Source of the DNA: Alphaproteobacteria bacterium | Lineage (GTDB): Bacteria > Desulfobacterota > Binatia > UBA12015 | Length of the DNA stretch: 64,000 nucleotides | Reading direction: 5' to 3' | Assembly: GCA_017853315.1 (NCBI GenBank) | Contig: JAFMJW010000003.1 | Location: forward strand, 4,537-68,536 | Part shown: piece by piece, positions 10,928-20,293 of the stretch | Numbering within the stretch: the first letter of the stretch is position 1 | How the letters are laid out: each line of letters starts with the position of its first letter | Notes under the pieces: generated by a model | Database searches by the model: none | What the model saw: only the letters and a program-made list of their open reading frames with translations | What the model was told of the DNA's origin: nothing | Made by a program: the position numbers and the translations under genes

Positions 10928-12165
10928 CGGCGCTCCCGCCGCGGGGGCGGTCGGCGGCCGCGATCCTCGACGACCTCGATCGTCTCTCGCGCGACGACGT
11001 CGACTGGCGGTCGGGCCGCGCCTTCAGCCTCGCCTACCACGCGGGCCCGGACGTCGAGGCGCTCGCGGAGCTCGCGCACGCGCGCTTCGCCGGCTCGAAC
11101 ATGCTGAACGTGGCCGCCTTCCCGAGCCTGCGCGCGATGCAGGCGGACGTGCTCGCGATGGTCGGGGACCTCCTGCACGCGGGGCCGGCCGCTGCCGGCT
11201 CGATCACCTCGGGCGGCACCGAGAGCCTGCTCCTCGCGGTGAAGGCGGCCCGCGGGCTCGCGCGCGCCGAGCGCGGCGTCGAGCGCCCCCGCATGGTCCT
11301 GCCCACGACCGCGCACGCGGCCTTCGAGAAGGCCGCTGCCGACTACGGCGTCGAGAGCGTGCGCGTCCCGGTCGGTCCCGACTTCCGCGCGGTGCCCGCG
11401 GCGATCGAGGCCGCGATCGACGACGACACGGTGCTGGTCGCGTGCTCCGCGCCGTCCTACCCGCAGGGGGTGGTCGACCCGGTCGCGGAGATCGCGGCAG
11501 TCGCCGCGTCGCGCGGGCTGCCGTGTCACGTGGACGCGTGCATGGGCGGGCTCGTGCTGCCGATGCTCGAGCGGGCGGGCGAGCCCGTGACGCCGTTCGA
11601 CTTCCGGGTGCCGGGGGTGACGTCGATGTCGGTCGACCTCCACAAGTACGGATACGCGCCGAAGGGCGTTTCGGTCCTGCTGCACCGCGACAAGCGCCGC
11701 CGCAGCTTCCAGGCGTTCTCGACCGACAACTGGCTCGGCGGCTTCTACGGCAGCCTGGGCGTGCTCGGCACCCGCGGCGGCGGCCCGCTCGCGGCGGCGT
11801 GGGCGGTGATGAACCGGCTCGGAGCCGAGGGCTACCTCGGGCTCGCGAGCGAGGCTCGCGCCGCCACGCTCGAGCTCGCCGGGGCGCTCCGGGAGCGGCG
11901 CGGCGTGCGGCTGCTCGCGCCGCCCGACGCGACGCTGCTCGCGTTCGGGTTCGACGACGCCGACGCGTTCGCCGTCGGGGCCGCGCTCGCCCGACGCGGC
12001 TTCTGGGTCGACCAGCAGTCTCCGCCGCCGAGCCTCCACTGCACGGTCAACGCCGTCCACCGAGGAGTGATCTGCGATTTCCTCGCAGCTCTCGACGAGG
12101 CGCACGAGGAGGTGCGACGGAGCGGCAGCCGGGCGGAGGCGAAGGCCTATGGCCGCGCCGAGTGA
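10924..12165 (+). CDS. PLP-dependent enzyme, sphingosine-1-phosphate lyase-like (group II decarboxylase family)
   Basis: GSITSGGTESLLLAVKAAR, TAHAAFEKA, HVDACMGG, PFDFRVPGVTSMSVDLHKYGYAPKG (PLP Lys). Confidence 0.85.
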   Translation: MTALPPRGRSAAAILDDLDRLSRDDVDWRSGRAFSLAYHAGPDVEALAELAHARFAGSNMLNVAAFPSLRAMQADVLAMVGDLLHAGPAAAGSITSGGTESLLLAVKAARGLARAERGVERPRMVLPTTAHAAFEKAAADYGVESVRVPVGPDFRAVPAAIEAAIDDDTVLVACSAPSYPQGVVDPVAEIAAVAASRGLPCHVDACMGGLVLPMLERAGEPVTPFDFRVPGVTSMSVDLHKYGYAPKGVSVLLHRDKRRRSFQAFSTDNWLGGFYGSLGVLGTRGGGPLAAAWAVMNRLGAEGYLGLASEARAATLELAGALRERRGVRLLAPPDATLLAFGFDDADAFAVGAALARRGFWVDQQSPPPSLHCTVNAVHRGVICDFLAALDEAHEEVRRSGSRAEAKAYGRAE

Positions 12166-13327
12166 CGTCTCGCACGGGCGCGCGCCGACGGTCCTCGTCG
12201 TCGCGGGCGAGGCGTCGGGCGACCTCCGCGGCGCGGAACTGGTCGCGGAGCTGCGTGCGCTCGTGCCCGGGCTGCGGGTGACCGGCGTCGGCGGCGAGCG
12301 CCTGCGCGCGCAGGGACAGGAGGCGATCGTCGACGCGGAGGAGATCTCGACGATGGGCCTGACCGAGGTCTTCTCGAGCGTCGGCCGCATCCTCGGGGCC
12401 TTCCGGCGGGTGCGCGACGCGATCGAGGGGCCGGCGGGCGAGCGCCCGGACCTCGTCGTGCTGATCGACCTGCCGGACTTCAACCTGCGACTCGCCCCGG
12501 TCGCGAAGCGGGCCGGGGTGCCCGTCCTCTACTACGTGAGCCCGCAGGTCTGGGCCTGGCGTCGCTGGCGGGTCCGGCAGCTCGCGCGCAACGTCGACCG
12601 CCTCGCGGTCGTCTTCCCGTTCGAGGAGGAGATCTACCGCGGGCTCGCGGACGTGACCTTCGTCGGCCATCCCGCGCTCGACACCGTGCGACCCTCGCGG
12701 CCGGCGGCCGAGACCCGCGCCCGTCACGGGCTCGACCCGGAGCGCCCGCTGGTGGCGCTGCTCCCCGGCAGCCGCGTCGCCGAGGTGCGCTCGCTCCTGC
12801 CCGAGATGGCCCGCGCGATCGACGTCCTGCGGGCCGACGTCCCGGTCGACGCGGTGGTCGCGCTCGCCAACGAGGGCCTGCGCCCGCTGGTCTCGCCGTT
12901 CGTCGGCCGCATGCCGGTCGTGACCGGCGAGACCTGGGACCTGGTCGCCGCTTCGGACCTGGTGCTCTGCGCCTCGGGGAGCGCGACGCTGGAGACCGCG
13001 CTGCTCGAGCGCCCGATGGTCGTCTCCTACCGCCTCTCGCCGCTCACCTGGGCGGTCGCCCGCCTGCTCGTGCGGGTCCCGTTCGTCGCGATGCCCAACC
13101 TGGTCCTCGGACGGCGCGCCGTGCCGGAGCTCCTGCAGGGGGACGCGACCGCGGTCCGGATGGCGGCCGAGGCGCGCTCGATCCTGCTCGAGCCCGGTCG
13201 CGCGGAGGCGATGCGGGCCGACCTCGCGACCGTGCGCGCGCGCCTCGGCGAGGGCGGCGCGGCCCGGCGTGCGGCCGTGATCGCGGCCGACATGCTGCGC
13301 GGGCGCGACCGGACCTCCGCGTCCTAG
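12149..13327 (+). CDS. lpxB: Lipid A disaccharide synthase
   Basis: VAGEASGD, IDLPDFNL, YVSPQVWAWR, VFPFE, FVGHP, LLPGSR, SGSATLE. Confidence 0.96.
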   Translation: MAAPSDVSHGRAPTVLVVAGEASGDLRGAELVAELRALVPGLRVTGVGGERLRAQGQEAIVDAEEISTMGLTEVFSSVGRILGAFRRVRDAIEGPAGERPDLVVLIDLPDFNLRLAPVAKRAGVPVLYYVSPQVWAWRRWRVRQLARNVDRLAVVFPFEEEIYRGLADVTFVGHPALDTVRPSRPAAETRARHGLDPERPLVALLPGSRVAEVRSLLPEMARAIDVLRADVPVDAVVALANEGLRPLVSPFVGRMPVVTGETWDLVAASDLVLCASGSATLETALLERPMVVSYRLSPLTWAVARLLVRVPFVAMPNLVLGRRAVPELLQGDATAVRMAAEARSILLEPGRAEAMRADLATVRARLGEGGAARRAAVIAADMLRGRDRTSAS

Positions 13328-13373
13328 GTCGTCGCGCAGGCGCTCGGCGATCGAGCCCGCGAGGTCGCGTGGT

Positions 13374-13402
13374 TTGTCCGCCGCGGCGCTCTTCGCTACC
13401 CG
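13374..13402 (+). promoter_or_regulatory. Putative sigma70 promoter of msbA
   Basis: TTGTCC-N17-TACCCG, 10 nt before ATG 13413. Confidence 0.4.
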
Positions 13403-13412
13403 ACGGAGAGGC

Positions 13413-15260
13413 ATGGCGTCCACGGGGGTCTACCGCAGGCTGCTCGGCTACATGCGCCCCTACGTCTGGCCGCGCTTCGTGGCCGCGGTCGCCTGCATGC
13501 TGCTGTTCAGCGCGACGAACGGCATCCTGCCGTTTCTCGTCGAGCGGGTGTTCGACGACGTCTTCGCCCGCCACGACCTGGGCATGCTCGCGTGGCTCCC
13601 GGCCGGCGTGATCCTCCTGTTCGGGGTCCGCGCGCTCACGAACTACGGCAACAACTACCTGATGGAGTGGGTGGCCCAGAAGGTCGTGACCGACATCCGC
13701 GACGACGTGAACGCGCGGGTGCAGGAGCTGCCGCTCTCGTTCTTCAACCGCACTCCCACCGCGGCGATCGTCTCGCGGGTCTCGAGCGACGTCTACCAGC
13801 TGCGCAGCTCGCTCGTGGACGCGACCATCTCGATCGTCCGCGACTCGACCTCGCTGGTCGTGCTGCTGGTCTACGCGTTCTGGAAGGACACGGTCCTCGC
13901 GCTGATCGCGTTCGTCGCGTTTCCCCTGGTCGTGGCGCCGGTGCTCTCGCTGTCGCGAAAGCTCCGGAAGTTCTCGCGCAGCGGCCAGAACCAGCTCGGC
14001 GCCCTGACGGCGCTCCTGCAGGAGACGGTGCAGGGCAACCGGATCGTGAAGGCCTTCGGCATGGAGGCCTACGAGCGTGCCCGCTTCGACGCCGAGAGCG
14101 ACCGGCTGTTCCGCCTGCACATGAAAGCCTCGCAGGCGAAGGCGCTGATCCAGCCGCTCATGGAACTGATCGGCGCGATCGGGATCGCCGGCGTCGTCTG
14201 GTACGGCGGCTACAGCGTGATCGTCGGCGGGCGCACGCAGGGAGCGTTCTTCGCCTTCATGGCGACGCTGCTCCTGGTCTACGATCCGTTCAAGGGGCTC
14301 GCGAAGACGAACAGCGCGCTCCAGCAGGGGCTCGCCTCGGCGGAGCGGATCTTCGAGCTGCTCGACGAGCCGACGGAGATCGAGGACCGCCCCGGCGCGG
14401 TCGAGATCCCGCCGCTCGCCGACGCGATCCGCTTCGAGGGCGTCGACTTCCGCTACCCGGCCCGCGTCGGCGAGGACGGGCCCGCCGCCGCCTCGCCGCA
14501 GGCGGCCGGCCCCGAGGCGGACGCGCCCCGGGCCGGGGACGGGTTCGCGCTGCGCGGGATCGACCTCGAGCTGCGCCGGGGCGAGGTCGTGGCGCTGGTC
14601 GGCTCGAGCGGCGGGGGCAAATCGACGATCGCGGACATGATCCCGCGCTTCTGGGACCCGACCGAGGGCAGGATCACGATCGACGGCGTCGATCTCCGCG
14701 ACGCGACGCTCGCCTCGCTGCGCAGGCAGATCGGGATCGTCACCCAGTTCACCTTCCTCTTCAACGACACCGTCGGCGCCAACATCTCCTACGGGAACCC
14801 GGCGACGGACCGCGCCGAGGTGGAGGCGGCGGCGCGCGCGGCGCACGCGCACGAGTTCATCGTCGAGCTCCCGCGCGGCTACGACACGGTGGTCGGCGAG
14901 CTCGGCGTCACCCTCTCCGGCGGCCAGCGCCAGCGGCTCGCGATCGCGCGCGCGCTGCTCAAGAACGCCCCGATCCTGATCCTCGACGAGGCGACCTCGG
15001 CGCTGGACTCCGAGTCCGAGCGCCTGGTGCAGGATGCGATCGACCGGCTCATGGAGGGGCGCACCGTGCTGGTGATCGCCCACCGTCTCGCGACCATCCG
15101 GCGCGCCGACCGCATCGCGGTCGTGGTCGGCGGTCGCATCGTCGACGAGGGCAGCCACGAGGATCTGTATCGCCGCGGGGGCGTCTACCGGCGGCTGTGC
15201 GACCAGCAGATGTCGCCCGGCGCGGAGGCGACGCCGGTGGGGGAAGCCCTGCCGTCATGA
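13413..15260 (+). CDS. msbA: Lipid A export ABC transporter
   Basis: Multi-TM domain plus NBD (GSSGGGKS, LSGGQRQR, LDEATSALD); directly after lpxB. Confidence 0.9.
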   Translation: MASTGVYRRLLGYMRPYVWPRFVAAVACMLLFSATNGILPFLVERVFDDVFARHDLGMLAWLPAGVILLFGVRALTNYGNNYLMEWVAQKVVTDIRDDVNARVQELPLSFFNRTPTAAIVSRVSSDVYQLRSSLVDATISIVRDSTSLVVLLVYAFWKDTVLALIAFVAFPLVVAPVLSLSRKLRKFSRSGQNQLGALTALLQETVQGNRIVKAFGMEAYERARFDAESDRLFRLHMKASQAKALIQPLMELIGAIGIAGVVWYGGYSVIVGGRTQGAFFAFMATLLLVYDPFKGLAKTNSALQQGLASAERIFELLDEPTEIEDRPGAVEIPPLADAIRFEGVDFRYPARVGEDGPAAASPQAAGPEADAPRAGDGFALRGIDLELRRGEVVALVGSSGGGKSTIADMIPRFWDPTEGRITIDGVDLRDATLASLRRQIGIVTQFTFLFNDTVGANISYGNPATDRAEVEAAARAAHAHEFIVELPRGYDTVVGELGVTLSGGQRQRLAIARALLKNAPILILDEATSALDSESERLVQDAIDRLMEGRTVLVIAHRLATIRRADRIAVVVGGRIVDEGSHEDLYRRGGVYRRLCDQQMSPGAEATPVGEALPS

Positions 15261-16027
15261 GCGGCGAGCGCGGCATCGGGCCGGGCGGGCGCTCGCGCCG
15301 GCCGGGCCTGCGGCGCCTGCGGGACGGGGAGTTCGCGCTCGCGGCCGGGGGCTTCGCCATCTGGGCCGCGCTCCGCCTGCTGGGTGCGACCACGCGCCGC
15401 CGGTTCGTCGACCGCGGGGGGCTGCTGGAGCGCTTCGCGAGCGGCGAGCCGGCCGTCCTCTGCTTCTGGCACGGCCGCATGGTCATGATGCCGTTTGCCT
15501 ACTTCGGTCGGGGCGCCTGCATCATGAACAGCGCCCACCGCGACGGCGAGCTCATCAGCCGCGCGATCCGCCGCATGGGCATCGAGACCGTGCGCGGATC
15601 CTCGACGCGCGGCTGGGTGGGCGGCATGAAGGGACTGCTCGCCGCGCACCGGCGCGGCCGCGACGTGATCGTCGTGCCCGACGGCCCCCGCGGGCCGAGG
15701 TGCCGCGCGAAGACCGGGGCGCTGCAGCTCGCGCGCGCGACCGGCGCCCCGATCTGGCCGGTCTCCTACGCAGCCGACCGGGCGAAGGTGGTCTCGCGCA
15801 GCTGGGACCGCATGCTCCTGCCGCTGCCGTTCGCGCGCGTCGCCTACGTGTCGGGGCCGCCGATCGAGGTGCCGCGCGACGCGGGGCCGGAGGAGGTCGA
15901 GGCCTTGCGGCTCGAACTCGAGGCGCGGCTCGACGAGGCGACGCGCGAGGCCGGCCGGATCGTCGGCGCGGATCCGCGGGAGACCGAGGCGTTCCTGCGC
16001 GGGGTTGCGGGCACGGCGGAATCGTGA
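15257..16027 (+). CDS. DUF374 lysophospholipid acyltransferase family protein (LpxJ-like late acyltransferase)
   Basis: CFWHGR, SAHRDGELI, VRGSSTRG, PDGPRGP, WDRMLLPLPF. Confidence 0.85.
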   Translation: MSGERGIGPGGRSRRPGLRRLRDGEFALAAGGFAIWAALRLLGATTRRRFVDRGGLLERFASGEPAVLCFWHGRMVMMPFAYFGRGACIMNSAHRDGELISRAIRRMGIETVRGSSTRGWVGGMKGLLAAHRRGRDVIVVPDGPRGPRCRAKTGALQLARATGAPIWPVSYAADRAKVVSRSWDRMLLPLPFARVAYVSGPPIEVPRDAGPEEVEALRLELEARLDEATREAGRIVGADPRETEAFLRGVAGTAES

Positions 16028-16097
16028 AAATCGCGAGTTCCGTCCCGGGCGTGCGCTCCGGCGCGCCTGGGCCCTCGCGCTCCGGGGAGGAAGGATC

Positions 16098-16640
16098 ATG
16101 AGGAGGTTCGTGGGTCGGCTCGCATGCGCGGTTCTCGCCGCGCTCGCCGTGTCGAGCGGTCCGGTCGCCCGGGCGGCCGCGGCCGACGGGCTGTCCGTCG
16201 CGATCGAGCCGCCGTCGCCGGAGTACGAGGCCGAGCGGGCCCGCCGCGACGATCGCGCCGCGAAGGCGGGGGGGAAGACCGCGGCCACGTCGCCCGCGGC
16301 GAAGGTCGAGGACCTGCAGCGGACCTTCGCGTCGTTCTGCACGGGCTGGGCCGGGAAGCTGCGCCAGCGGCAGACGGACAACCTCGCGCAGGCGAAGTGG
16401 CAGACCGGGGGCGACGGATCGGTCTACGCCGAGTACGTCGGCTACGACACCGACCACCTGGGTCCGCAGACGGTCACCCACCCGGACACGAACCCGATCG
16501 GCAAGATGGTGTACGTCGAGCAGAGGCTGCGGCGCTCGGGTCGCTCGAAGGAGGAGGCGCTCGCCGCGCAGCCTTCGATCGTCGACCAGGTCGAGGTGAC
16601 CGAGATCTTCCGCTACGACGGGCGGGGTTGGGTCTACTGA
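16098..16640 (+). CDS. Hypothetical secreted protein
   Basis: GGAGGAAGG RBS, signal peptide MRRFVGRLACAVLAALAVSSGPVARA, coding-like codon usage. Confidence 0.75.
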   Translation: MRRFVGRLACAVLAALAVSSGPVARAAAADGLSVAIEPPSPEYEAERARRDDRAAKAGGKTAATSPAAKVEDLQRTFASFCTGWAGKLRQRQTDNLAQAKWQTGGDGSVYAEYVGYDTDHLGPQTVTHPDTNPIGKMVYVEQRLRRSGRSKEEALAAQPSIVDQVEVTEIFRYDGRGWVY

Positions 16641-17938
16641 GCCGTCCGCGCACGCGCCGCCTCCCGTCGCTACGCGCGTACAACGCGCTGCTGGTCGCCG
16701 CCGGCGCGGCGGCGGCTCCGGCCGCGGGCGTGCTCGCCCTCGCCAGGCCCGGCTGGCGGCGGGGACTCGGCGATCGCCTGGGCCGCGGCTGGCGTCGGCC
16801 GGCCGGGCATCCCGTCCTCTGGGCGCACGCGGCCTCGGTCGGCGAGGTCGAGGGCCTGGTTCCGCTGGTCGAGCGGTGGCGCGAGCGGCACCCGCGCGGA
16901 GGCGTGGTCGCCTCCTCGCTCACCGCCACCGGGGCCGACGCGGCGAGGCGCAGGCTGCCGGGCGTCGACGTGCGGGTGCTGCCGCTCGACGTGCCCTGGC
17001 TGGTCCGCTCGGTCGTGCGCCGCGTCGCGCCGGACCTCTTCCTGTTCAGCGAGAACGAGATCTGGCCGAACCTGCTGCGGGAACTCGCGCGACGAGGCTG
17101 CCCGACGGTCCAGGTGAGTGGGCGGATGTCGGAGCGCGCCTCGCGCACGCTGGGCCGCTTTCCTCGCTTCGCGGCCGACCTGCTGGGCTGCGTGTCCCTG
17201 TTCTGCGTCCAGGGGGAGGACCACCGCCGGAGGCTCCTCTCCCTGGGCGTCCGCGAGGACCGGGTGGTCGTCACGGGTTCGCTGAAGGGCGACGGCGTCG
17301 CCGCCGAGCCGCCGTGGTTCGTGCCGACGCTGCGCGACGCGGGACGGCCGGTGTTCGTCGCGGGCGCGACGCGGCCGGGCGAGGAGTCGGTGATCTTGGA
17401 CGCATGTTCGTCCCTCGCGCCGGGTGCGCCGCTGCTCGTGCTCGCTCCGCGTCACCCGGAGCGGTTCGACGAGGTGGCGCGACTCGCGGCCGGTCGCGGG
17501 CTGCGCGTCCTGCGGCGCAGCGCGCTGCGCGAGCCCGAGTCCTTCGACCCGGCCGCAGTCGACGTCTTCCTGCTCGACTCCCTGGGCGAGCTCGCGGGCG
17601 TGTACGCCGCGGCGGACGTCGCCTTCGTCGGAGGGACCCTCGTCCCGGTCGGCGGCCACAACCTGCTCGAAGCCGCGCGGGCAGGCGTGCCGGTGGTGGT
17701 GGGCCCGCACCGCGAGAAGGTCCTCGCGTTCTCGGACGCGCTCGTCGCGGCCGGCGCGGGCGCGGTCGTGCCCGACGCGGACGGGCTCGCCGACGCGCTG
17801 CGACGTTTCCTCGCACCGGGGGCGGGACGTCTCGCGGGAGAGGCGGCGCGAACTCTCGCCGCGCGCGAGTCCGGCGGACTCGAGGCGACGTGGCGGGCGA
17901 TCGAGTCGCTCGAGGCTTCGCGCGTGGGCGAGGCCTGA
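16637..17938 (+). CDS. waaA: Kdo transferase (start uncertain: CTG 16637 or TTG 16628)
   Basis: LWAHAASVGEV, PLD, ENEIWPN, TGSLK, APRHPERF, DSLGEL, GGHNLLE. Confidence 0.92.
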   Translation: MSRPRTRRLPSLRAYNALLVAAGAAAAPAAGVLALARPGWRRGLGDRLGRGWRRPAGHPVLWAHAASVGEVEGLVPLVERWRERHPRGGVVASSLTATGADAARRRLPGVDVRVLPLDVPWLVRSVVRRVAPDLFLFSENEIWPNLLRELARRGCPTVQVSGRMSERASRTLGRFPRFAADLLGCVSLFCVQGEDHRRRLLSLGVREDRVVVTGSLKGDGVAAEPPWFVPTLRDAGRPVFVAGATRPGEESVILDACSSLAPGAPLLVLAPRHPERFDEVARLAAGRGLRVLRRSALREPESFDPAAVDVFLLDSLGELAGVYAAADVAFVGGTLVPVGGHNLLEAARAGVPVVVGPHREKVLAFSDALVAAGAGAVVPDADGLADALRRFLAPGAGRLAGEAARTLAARESGGLEATWRAIESLEASRVGEA

Positions 17939-17940
17939 GC

Positions 17941-19095
17941 ATGGAGGCCTCGCGCCGTCCGCCCTGGGAGAGGGGCGCGCTCGTCCAGGCTCTCGCGTGG
18001 CCGGTGGGGCTGGCCTTCGGCGCCGTCGCGCGGGCGCGCGGCGCCGCGTTCGACGGCGGGCTCCTGCACAGCGTCCGGCTCGACGTGCCGGTCGTGTCGA
18101 TCGGCAACCTGAGCGTCGGCGGCACGGGGAAGACCCCGGCGGCGCTCTGGCTCGGCGCGAGGCTCCGTTCGCTCGGGTGGACGCCCGCGATCGTGACCCG
18201 CGGCTACGGCGGGCAACTCGGCGGACGCGTCCTGCGCGCAGCCGCTCCCGGGGCGACGGCAGGCGAAGGGTGGGGTGACGTCGCCGCGGTGGGCGACGAG
18301 GCCGTGCTGCTCGCGGAGCGCTTCCCGGGACCGGTCGTCTGCGGCGTCGACCGGGTCGCCGCCGCGCGCCAGGCGATCGAGCGGTGGGGCGCGGATCTCG
18401 TGGTGCTCGACGACGGCTTCCAGCATCGGCGGCTCGCACGATGCTTCGACCTGGTCCTGGTCGACGGGGGAGCCGGCCTCGGCAACGGGCGGGTGCTGCC
18501 CGCGGGACCGCTGCGCGAGCCCGCTTCCGCGTTGCGCCGCGCCGACGCGATCGTCGCGACCAAGGTCGAATCGCTTCCACCCGCGCTCGAGCGCGAGCTC
18601 GGGCACCTGGCGCCGGGCGTGCCGATCTTTCATGCGGCCCTCGAGCCTCGCTGCCTGGTCGCGGCCGAAGGTCCGGCGACGATCGAGCGGCCGCTCGCGG
18701 ACGTCGCCGGGCGCGCGGTGGTCGCGGTTTCGGGGCTCGCCCGGGCCGAGTCGTTCTGGCAGGCGCTCGACCGCCTGGGCGCCCGGGTCGTCGAGGTGAT
18801 GGAGTACCCCGACCACCATGCATACTCGCACGCCGACTGGCAGCGGATCGGTCACGCCGGGAGGTCGGCCGACCTGGTGGTCTGCACCGAGAAGGACCTC
18901 GTGAAGCTGCGACGGTTCCCGTTCGCCCGCGGAGGGCTGCTCGCCGTGCGGGTCGACTTCGCGCTCGCTGCCGAGGCGGAGCGCGACCTCGTCGACCGGA
19001 TCCTCCTGCGGACCGGGTCGGGTGCACGGCTGCGCGACGAAGGCGGCCGTGTTACCCCGACGGTTCGTCGCCCCGTGCCGGACGCGGGCGTCTGA
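17941..19095 (+). CDS. lpxK: Tetraacyldisaccharide 4'-kinase
   Basis: PVVSIGNLSVGGTGKTP, RGYGG, GDEA, LDDGFQH, LPAGPLRE, PDHH, TEKD. Confidence 0.96.
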   Translation: MEASRRPPWERGALVQALAWPVGLAFGAVARARGAAFDGGLLHSVRLDVPVVSIGNLSVGGTGKTPAALWLGARLRSLGWTPAIVTRGYGGQLGGRVLRAAAPGATAGEGWGDVAAVGDEAVLLAERFPGPVVCGVDRVAAARQAIERWGADLVVLDDGFQHRRLARCFDLVLVDGGAGLGNGRVLPAGPLREPASALRRADAIVATKVESLPPALERELGHLAPGVPIFHAALEPRCLVAAEGPATIERPLADVAGRAVVAVSGLARAESFWQALDRLGARVVEVMEYPDHHAYSHADWQRIGHAGRSADLVVCTEKDLVKLRRFPFARGGLLAVRVDFALAAEAERDLVDRILLRTGSGARLRDEGGRVTPTVRRPVPDAGV

Positions 19096-19149
19096 GAGCG
19101 TCCGTCGCGGTCGCCGGGGCCTCCGGGGCGCGGACGGGAAGGTGGATCG

Positions 19150-20100
19150 GTGCAGGTTCTTGTCACGGGAGCGGCGGGCTTCATCGGCTCGAACGCGGTG
19201 GACGCTCTGCTCGCGCGCGGGGACCGCGTGCGCGGCGTCGACGCCTTCCTCGACTACTACCCGCGCGCGGTGAAGGAGCGGAACCTCCGCGCCGCCCGTG
19301 CGCATCCCGCCTTCGAGTTCGTCGAGGCCGACCTCGTGACCGCGGAGCTCGCTCCCCTGCTCGACGGGGTGGACGCGGTGCTCCACTTCGCGGCGCAGGC
19401 CGGCGTGCGCGCGAGCTGGGGCCGGGACTTCCGGATCTATGCCGACGTCAACGTGCTCGGAACGCAGCGGCTGCTCGAGGCCTGCACGGCGCGCCGGCCC
19501 CGCTTCGTGTACTCGTCGTCCTCGTCGATCTACGGCGACGCGCCCGACCTCCCGACGGTGGAGACGACGCTGCCGCGGCCGGTGTCTCCCTACGGGGTCA
19601 CCAAGCTCGCCGGAGAGCACCTCTGCCGCCTCTATGCGCAATCGGCAGGGGTGCCGACCGTCTCGCTGCGGTACTTCACGGTGTACGGTCCTCGCCAGCG
19701 CCCCGACATGGCCTTCCACCGGTTCGTCCGCTCGCACCTCGAGGGGCGCGCGGTGACGGTCTACGACGACGGCCTGCAGACGCGCGACTTCACCTACGTG
19801 GGGGACGCGGTCGCGGCGAACCTGCTCGCGATCGAACGCGGCTCCGCGGGTTCGGTCTACAACGTCGGCGGGGGATCGCGGGTGAGCGTGAACGACGTCC
19901 TCGGGATGATCGGCGAGCTCACCGGGCGTCCCGTCGAGGTCCGTCGCGAGGAGCGGCAGCGGGGCGACGTGCGCGACACGCACGCCTCGACCGAGCTGGC
20001 CCGGGCCGAGCTCGGATGGCGTCCCGCGACGGCGCTCCGCGAGGGGCTCGCCGCCGAAATCGAGTGGCTTCGCGGCGAGATCGCCGCGGCCCGTGCCTGA
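19150..20100 (+). CDS. NAD-dependent nucleotide-sugar epimerase/dehydratase
   Basis: VTGAAGFIG, HFAAQAGVR, SSSSIYG, YGVTK, RYFTVYGPRQRPDMAF. Confidence 0.92.
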   Translation: MQVLVTGAAGFIGSNAVDALLARGDRVRGVDAFLDYYPRAVKERNLRAARAHPAFEFVEADLVTAELAPLLDGVDAVLHFAAQAGVRASWGRDFRIYADVNVLGTQRLLEACTARRPRFVYSSSSSIYGDAPDLPTVETTLPRPVSPYGVTKLAGEHLCRLYAQSAGVPTVSLRYFTVYGPRQRPDMAFHRFVRSHLEGRAVTVYDDGLQTRDFTYVGDAVAANLLAIERGSAGSVYNVGGGSRVSVNDVLGMIGELTGRPVEVRREERQRGDVRDTHASTELARAELGWRPATALREGLAAEIEWLRGEIAAARA

Positions 20101-20110
20101 GGAGGAATCC

Positions 20111-20293
20111 ATGGCCATCGACCCCGAGCTGCTCGAAATCCTCCGCTGCCCGAAGTGCCAGGAGGAGAAGCGGGAAGGGCGCCTCGTGCTCGCTCCCGCG
20201 GGGGACTCTCTCGAATGCGGCGCGTGCCGACTTCGCTACCGGGTCTCCGAGGGCATCCCGGAGATGGTCGTCGACGAGGCGACGCCGTTCTGA
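20111..20293 (+). CDS. Trm112/YcaR family protein
   Basis: MAIDPELLEILRCPKC...CGAC..YRVSEGIPEMVVDEA; strong GAGGAGG RBS. Confidence 0.9.
   Translation: MAIDPELLEILRCPKCQEEKREGRLVLAPAGDSLECGACRLRYRVSEGIPEMVVDEATPF

Noticed and set aside
14460..14545. A/P/G-rich insertion in the MsbA NBD and similar terminal extensions on lysS, lpxK, rfaE1 and glnD
   Set aside because: Low-complexity extensions are pervasive here and best explained by GC bias; no specific signal
20111..20293. Trm112-like protein inside an LPS cluster
   Set aside because: Association of YcaR/Trm112-like genes with lpxK is already well known
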